Source: Tubiluchus corallicola (lineage: Eukaryota; Animalia; Priapulida). Taken from it: 64,000 bases of DNA. The stretch lies in contig JAQGDQ010000192.1 in assembly GCA_030141605.1 (NCBI GenBank), forward strand, positions 310,001-374,000, given 5' to 3'. Below, one piece after another: positions 57,636 to 64,000 of the stretch (its first letter is position 1; the number at the start of each line of letters is the position of its first letter). The notes beneath the pieces were generated by a model, which was given only the letters and a program-made list of their open reading frames with translations, was not told the origin of the DNA and did not search any database. The translations under genes and the position numbers were made by a program.

Positions 57636-59469
57636 CTGCATCACCAGCAACTTTGCCAATGTTGTAATGAACTTTCGCATTGAGAGGACACACTCTCTCC
57701 CCAGATATAAAAAGCAGCTCCTCCGACCTCCAATCCATGTTACGTTGTAATGTTCTTGTGGTATGCGCGGCAAGTAATATGAGCACACAGACTTGGACCA
57801 TAACTGACAACTTAGGTCTGCTAGTACCTGAAACCACAACTTCATTGGAAAGTGCTTGTTTTCCATAAAAATCATCATTCTGTTCCAACTCCAAAACGTT
57901 ATTATTTTGTAGTGCTGCTGCTGGCAATTGCTGCCAGTCCTCATGGCAGAAAAATAGCTTTCTTATGCCAAGAATGAGCAGAAGAATGAAGCCAAAACTT
58001 GGAATATACAAAACCCGTTCAGCAATTACAAAACCAACAGTAAAAAATAAGTTCGATGCAGGCAGAAATGGAATAATCAGAAAAGCAAGTGACATCACCA
58101 GTAATCGACCAGTTCTGTGGTTAATCGCTGATATACTAACCCATATTAGGCCACCACATGCGGTCGAAAATATGACAACAAAAAACAAACGCACATCCAA
58201 AATGTGTCTTATAAGTGGAACACAACCCATGGACCAGTCAAAACACAGCCAGGATGGGTTGATGAGCAACCAGCAGTTTATGGCATAAATATAAATATGG
58301 TTGATAACTCTCATTATGATATTATTAATAAATGCTGGCGGATTGTCCCATTCCTCAAATTGTGGCAATGATGTACCCATAACTTGTATTCTCAGAAATA
58401 GCATAGCAACAGAAGAAACCAGCAAAAGTGATATGCGCTGAAAGAAGCTTTTTCTCCATTTATCTTGCACACTATGTTTGGGACTGTGTTTAGGTGTCGA
58501 AGTAGGCGTGTGCAGTGGCGTTCCAGTCGATCGTTTACCTGCTTGGTTTCTACTGTTATTGTTCATCTTGTCCAAAATCATTGACCATAATGAATGTAAA
58601 AAAATTTCCAATTGCAACAATGGGCTCACAATTTTTACTTTGCACACAACAATTATGTCATAGATAATACAAACACAGATCACTGTTATGCCTTGTTCTT
58701 TGCACAGCATTGACAGCAGGCTAAATAGGATACACAAGAAAAGCCATTTAACAGAAAATTTCTGTGGCCTGGTATGCTCTCCTGTTGAATATTCAAAGAG
58801 TACATTACAGCTCTTTGCATAACTTAAGAAAGCAGCAAAGAAGAAGGCTGCACTGAGTAATTCAGCCCTCCCAACCACACCAGCTACACTTTCTGTGTGA
58901 ATCGGGTGAACAGCAAATAAAAATGACCCCAGAAGGGATAATCTCGGAGCGGTAAAAATCCTTTGTTTTGATATCAAATCATACTGCAGCCCACCAAGAA
59001 TGATACTAAAAACTTGCAAGCACAAAATACACACTATTCCATGTATCAGAACATTAGTAACATGAAAGCCCCGTGGGTGAAACCCACCACTTAAATAATA
59101 ATTCAAGCGAAACGTCAATATGGTTAGTGGTCGGTATGATTTGTGGCTTGTGCTCAGGTCGATTCTCGTACCCCAAAAGTCATTTTGAAAAAGTCTGTAA
59201 AGTGGAGATTCTCCTTTTACATCACCATTGTAAACAATCGCTTCTTGGTCATCAAATGCAAACTGTCCAGGAACAGTATTCCAATAAGCAGCTACTGCAA
59301 CAAGAAACGTGGCTACAGATGCACAATGAAAGCTGCTAAACAATGGAAAGGAAGAAGATCGACCTTGGACATCTTCTAAAGCAGTGTCAGTACTGAACTC
59401 CACATTGTTTGGCCATGTATGATGGTATGCTTTCAAGCCCATTTGTTGTTTTCGCTGATGTACAAGCAT
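57636..59469 (-). CDS. TMTC4: TMTC4-like protein O-mannosyltransferase, coding exon 1 (membrane/DUF1736 region)
   Basis: Motifs FAFDDQEAI, NDFWG, SHKSYRPLT, HPIHTESVAGVVGRAELL, KEQGIT, LCFDWSMGC, PFLPASNLFF, GFVIAERVLYIPS, CPLNAKVHYN. Acceptor at 59474-59475, first ATG at 59469 (true start could be in an upstream exon), donor G|gtaag at 57636. Confidence 0.92.
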
Positions 59470-60134
59470 CTCACTAAAAATAAAGGTAAAGAAGCCATAA
59501 AGGCAATAATAAGAAATCAGACCCTTCAAATTATTACCCACGAAAGGGTTTTGAGATTAAAAGTCATAATTGATGAATACTATATTTCTTAGACAGCAAG
59601 GACAATCTTGCTAGTGTACCATAATTATGGTTTTTTGGCTCTTATTGCTTACACTAATAATAACTTAATTAAAGTGAATTTTAACAATAATTCACTGTGT
59701 TGGTAGTGAACACTGACGAAGTGCGCCATGATAAGTGAGCACTGAACATGTACCAGTTCACCTGCTTCCCTGATTAATATACCGTTTTGTATTAAGGAGT
59801 TTTTGAAAAACAGCCAGCACTAAATCATCATCGAATCACGGCAATGCCCATTGGGTCTAGTTGTCTACTACAGAAACTAGACAGGTAGAATTATAAGTGC
59901 AAAATAAAACAGCGAGCAGCGAAAATGTTCAGTTGTTGGCAGTATGGTAAGTCTTTGCAACAATTGGCCAACTGCAACATCTTTTTTCCGTCTTGGATAA
60001 CGGTGCAATATAGTTGCTTGGGCGCGAAGGATCAGTGAAATTAATACACACAAAATCAACAGCTTCATTGCAGTATGTACTTTGCAAGCATCAATAATAG
60101 TAGTGCAGTGATGGCGAGAACTTTGGCCTATTCG

Positions 60135-61012
60135 GTGCTTAAGTTAAATCTAACTTAACATAACCTAATCTAACCTAAAATTAATAGTCTCTTGTGTGTG
60201 AACTATAGCACAGGGGAAATTCATCGACTTGCCTGTCCAAGCCTAATAAAAACCTAGTTGAGCAAATCCACTGAGTTAAATGTTTGTAAATTAAGTTACC
60301 CCTGCAGACCTATAAACACAAAACAATGGCACAACGCAAGACATACAGCACAAAAATAAGAATTCTGGAAGATGCAGAAAGGAGTGTAAAAGCTTCATAC
60401 AGCAGTGCAGTTACAACAAATACTGCAACATGTTAACTGGGTGTCTAAGTGTAACTTCTGCTTGACTATGCTTGTTTTCTTCCTTGTGAAGACAATAAAA
60501 ATAGATTCATTGTCAACTGCATTGCATTTGCCTTGAGCCATTTGTTCAAATTCCAGTGGATGCAGTTGCTTTTTTACAGCACCGTTCTTATCCGGCAAAG
60601 GTCTTGTAAAGGTTGTTTTTCCCTTGATGGACAACAAAAACTGGCTTTTCTACTCCCAACATAACCAGTGACCATGTACAAAATTTGTCAGTATACGTTG
60701 GTGTACATGCGGAGTGTACAGGTACCCCCAACAACACGTCAATATTTTAAGGTCAAGCTACTGCTCTGTCATCCTTGTATCCACATTTGAGTATGTTTGG
60801 TGACAAAGCACTTGAAGTTTTCTCGGCTTGTTGGTTAAAGATCATCACCAGGATGATATATCGTGCTCAGTAAGCTTGTACTCTATAACAGCTTGGGGTA
60901 CCATAACAGTGTAGACAGCAAAGAGCTGCCGACAATTAAGAACTAATAGATGGACCAGTGGGCAAGTGATATAACCTAGAATTTTCCCACTGCTGGATTT
61001 CAACTTAAGCAC
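60135..61012. mobile_element. Degenerate inverted-repeat-bounded element (probable DNA transposon relic)
   Basis: GTGCTTAAGTT at 60135 and AACTTAAGCAC at 61002-61012, with further patchy inverted similarity inward; interior looks like decayed coding sequence on the - strand. Confidence 0.45.
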
Positions 61013-61241
61013 GAGATGGATACTACGTTAGTTTTACGTTACTACTTTCTACGTTCTATGTTCTACGTAATTCTATGGTCGTAACCTTAAGAAGCTGAAC
61101 CTCACCATAAAGCAGATTTACCACTGAAGACAAATAAACTCGGAAGCTGTTTCACTGTGGTTATTCTGATATGTAAAAATATGTTATTCTGCTAAAAACT
61201 CTATGCGATATTATTTATTGTATTAACGTACTCGCTACCGA

Positions 61242-61242
<1 letters not shown>

Positions 61243-61288
<46 letters not shown>
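61243..61288. repeat. (ATT)n microsatellite
   Basis: About 15 consecutive ATT units. Confidence 0.95.
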
Positions 61289-61290
<2 letters not shown>

Positions 61291-61349
61291 TAATTCTTGT
61301 TCCCTTTCGAGTGTTTCAATCATTTTCCTCTCGTTTCCTAACCAACAAT

Positions 61350-61630
61350 CTTAAAAAAGCTGCAGTTTTGATTATCGACCCACTTCATTGTTACAAGCAT
61401 TATTTTCTAAAATTTATGAACATTATGTTTATAACCAAATGTATAATAATTGTCAAACATGGAGTATTAAACAAAAATCAGACAGGTTTCAGAAAAGGTT
61501 GCTCTCTTGCATTACCATAGTTGGTGTGTTTTGTGATCTCTTCAGAGCATTTCATACGGCTGATCACAATATATTGCTGCATAAATTATATTTTTACGAC
61601 TTTACAGGGTCACAGTTTCACAAATAAATG
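61350..61630 (+). mobile_element. Decayed LINE reverse-transcriptase fragment
   Basis: Frameshifted RPTSLLQALFSKIYE, NQTGFRKG and VFCDLFRAFHTADHNILLHKL match the RPISLL..SKIFE, QxGFR and DLSKAFDTVxHxILLxKL RT motifs. Confidence 0.8.
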
Positions 61631-61989
61631 ACTAAAATAGTTTTTTCGTTAAGCTGAATCGATTTCCTGCTACATTTTTAGGGCCATAATTTTGGTGCGT
61701 AGCTAGATGGCGTCAAGGTCTTGCCACATGACTAAATATGGCCTTGCGCGTAAGGGTAAATTTTTCGCCAGAAGCAAAAAAACAAAAAAATTGGTGCCAG
61801 GCAGACCAATGTTTCCTGTGTTTGAATAACAGCGGTTTGTAGTTAAACCAAGTAAAAGGGTTCGAATAGGCGATTTGAACAGTATGAGTAACGCCCAGAT
61901 TGGCCGATCCCTGACACTGTTGACCATAGGGATAAAAACTGGGATAGGGAGGACAAATGCTTCCAGTTTTAAACAACAGTAGTTTGTGC

Positions 61990-62700
61990 AGTGTAATATG
62001 TCAAATGAAGGGTCTCATATGAGTTGCGCCCAGATTATTGGCCCTTAATCCCGCTAAGAAGTGAAAACCGAAATTGGCGGTCGGGGTAATAGAAATTTAA
62101 TGCTTTCAAAGACGAGTAACAACGGCTTGCAGTTTATAAAATGAAAGGTCTCGATGAGACAAACGGAAAGATGTGAATTACGCCTATATTGGAGGCAAAA
62201 ACCGTAAGTGGGGAGACGAATTTATCCAAAGCAACAGTGGGTTGTTGTACATAATGCATGTAATAATAATAATTTCGTTTAGGACATAGTCCAAGGGATA
62301 GCACCTTAAGTAACTCAATACTCGTTTCCAAGGTATTTCCGATCGTTATTACTAGCATGTTACTTCGATAAACCCGCGTGCTTGGTCGAAGAACCAGCGG
62401 TACCATTTAAAGCTAGATTGGCCAACTCTTGATCTCACCAATGGGCAAAAACTGAAATTGGGGTTCAGGAATCCAAATGCTTCCAACGTCAAGCAACAGC
62501 AGATTGCACTTCCTCTAGGTCATAGGTTAAAAGTGACAAGTTCCCGTTTTAGTGCCTTGTAGCACATCAGATGAAAGGTCTCGATGAGATAAATTCAATG
62601 AATACGTTGATCTGCGTTTAATTGACCCTTGATCCAAGGTCGGAAAATGACAATTCCGAAAGTCATAGTAAGTTCCGATTCCATTTAAACTGTTATGTCA
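61990..62700. repeat. Probable non-autonomous interspersed repeat with recurring ATGAAAGGTCTCGATGAG motif
   Basis: Motif at about 62141 and 62572, with a variant at about 62006; no coherent ORF. Boundaries approximate. Confidence 0.4.
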
Positions 62701-64000
62701 AGTACAACTTACATACATTAACTGCTTTGAAAAACAATTTTTATTTGTAAAGGCGAAACAAATGTTGTAAGTTAAAGCATCTCCAGTTACAGAAACAGAA
62801 GCAGAATATTTGACAGGGTCAAAAACGTTCACTACCTGTAAATTTGTCACTGTGCTACATCTTATTTAAGATTGGTATTTATCTTTATATTGTGTGCACT
62901 TTTGGCATTGCTGCATCTATTTTGGCATTTTAAAAAATAAACTTCAAACTCAAGGTCTAATTCTGAAAATTGGCAAAACGACAAATTACTTATTTAAAAT
63001 TTCTGGGACAACAGATAACCTATTAGCCATAGGCCACTACTATAAACGGCTCTTAACGAACACAACAATACTGAATCGCCACGAATAAATATAACAATTT
63101 GTTTGCACCGATACATGTGCTCGTGAGATTCGAATCGCGCCATAAACACAGTAGCTCCCACAGTTCGCTTCGTTAAACCTTCAGACACTCATACCGACTC
63201 AATAAAAAAATGTGAGAAATTCTGTATATGTATTATGGTTTTGCGATAGTGCTATTAAAAACTTACTTCGAGTTAGGTGCTCATAAAGTTCTAATAGTCT
63301 ACACTATTATGGCACAGCAATTTCTGATGCCCTGAATAATGTTTAATTATTTACGCGGGTCATTAAATATTTTTTTAAATACTATTTGATTTTAGTGCAT
63401 TTATTTTCCCTGTTTTATGGCAATTTTTGTAACTTAGCAACATAATGCCACGATGATTTATTGTATAATAAGTGTCGAGAATTTGCTTCGGCAAATTTCT
63501 TGAGACTAAGTGATTTTCGGTATTTGCGTTGGGATCAAGTCGCTACTAAAATATTTTAACCTGTTATTCCTGCTTTATTGTTGTTATTTGGAATTTTTTA
63601 TGTTTAATGTTCCGTATTAAATTGTTTTTTTCGTCTTTTCATGTTACTTGTTAGTTGGTTTAATGATTTAATCTAACTTAATACATTTGCAGGTGACAGC
63701 TGTAAAAACAATTCATAATGTATTTTCGTTATATATCTGCTTAACTGAGTTTAGCATATCCTAACCTGATTCTATTCCCGATCATGTAGACTTAGTAAAT
63801 TAACTTGTATTAATTTTTATTACAGTCATTGATCCAGTACTTAGTTCATTCTTCTGTATACGTAACTATAAACTATAGAAGAATTGCAGCCAGGTAGCAA
63901 ATGAAACGAAAAACTTGATCTACTGGCTTAGTATTTATATTTTACACAAAATTTGTATTCTATGATAGCTGAAATCGTGAATGTAGGTAAAAATAGCACA

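Noticed and set aside
57627-59379. Several 60-107 aa ORFs overlapping TMTC4 exon 1 in other frames or strand
   Set aside because: Shadow ORFs of a real coding sequence.
59470-59541. N-terminal extension of the 642-aa ORF (MGNNLKG...)
   Set aside because: Starts at a non-ATG codon and runs through a polypyrimidine tract and AG acceptor at 59474-59475, so it is intronic.

Overview
AT-rich, intron-containing animal (probably invertebrate) genomic DNA with two convergent genes. On the + strand (about 2.1-51.5 kb) is a complete SERCA (ATP2A-type sarco/endoplasmic reticulum Ca2+-ATPase) gene that I could splice in frame by hand from the ATG at 4096: 25 coding exon positions, giving about 1027 or 1037 aa depending on the C-terminus. 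On the - strand (about 59.5-52.9 kb) is a TMTC4-like protein O-mannosyltransferase with only three coding exons. The main discovery, invisible in the ORF track, is that three internal SERCA exons are each present as two tandem homologous copies of identical length and splice phase: exon 3a/3b (83 nt, M1 helix), exon 7a/7b (86 nt, actuator TGES region) and exon 13a/13b (103 nt, N domain). None of these lengths is a multiple of 3, so only one copy of each pair keeps the frame, which implies three mutually exclusive exon pairs. Together with two alternative C-termini (a SERCA2b-like hydrophobic read-through tail and a distal Gly/Pro/Tyr/Met-rich exon), one gene could encode up to 16 pump isoforms. 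Also seen: an ERSE-like promoter element, back-to-back poly(A) signals of SERCA and TMTC4, tandem copies of an exon/donor junction, LINE remnants and MITEs. All coordinates come from manual reading and no transcript evidence was available.
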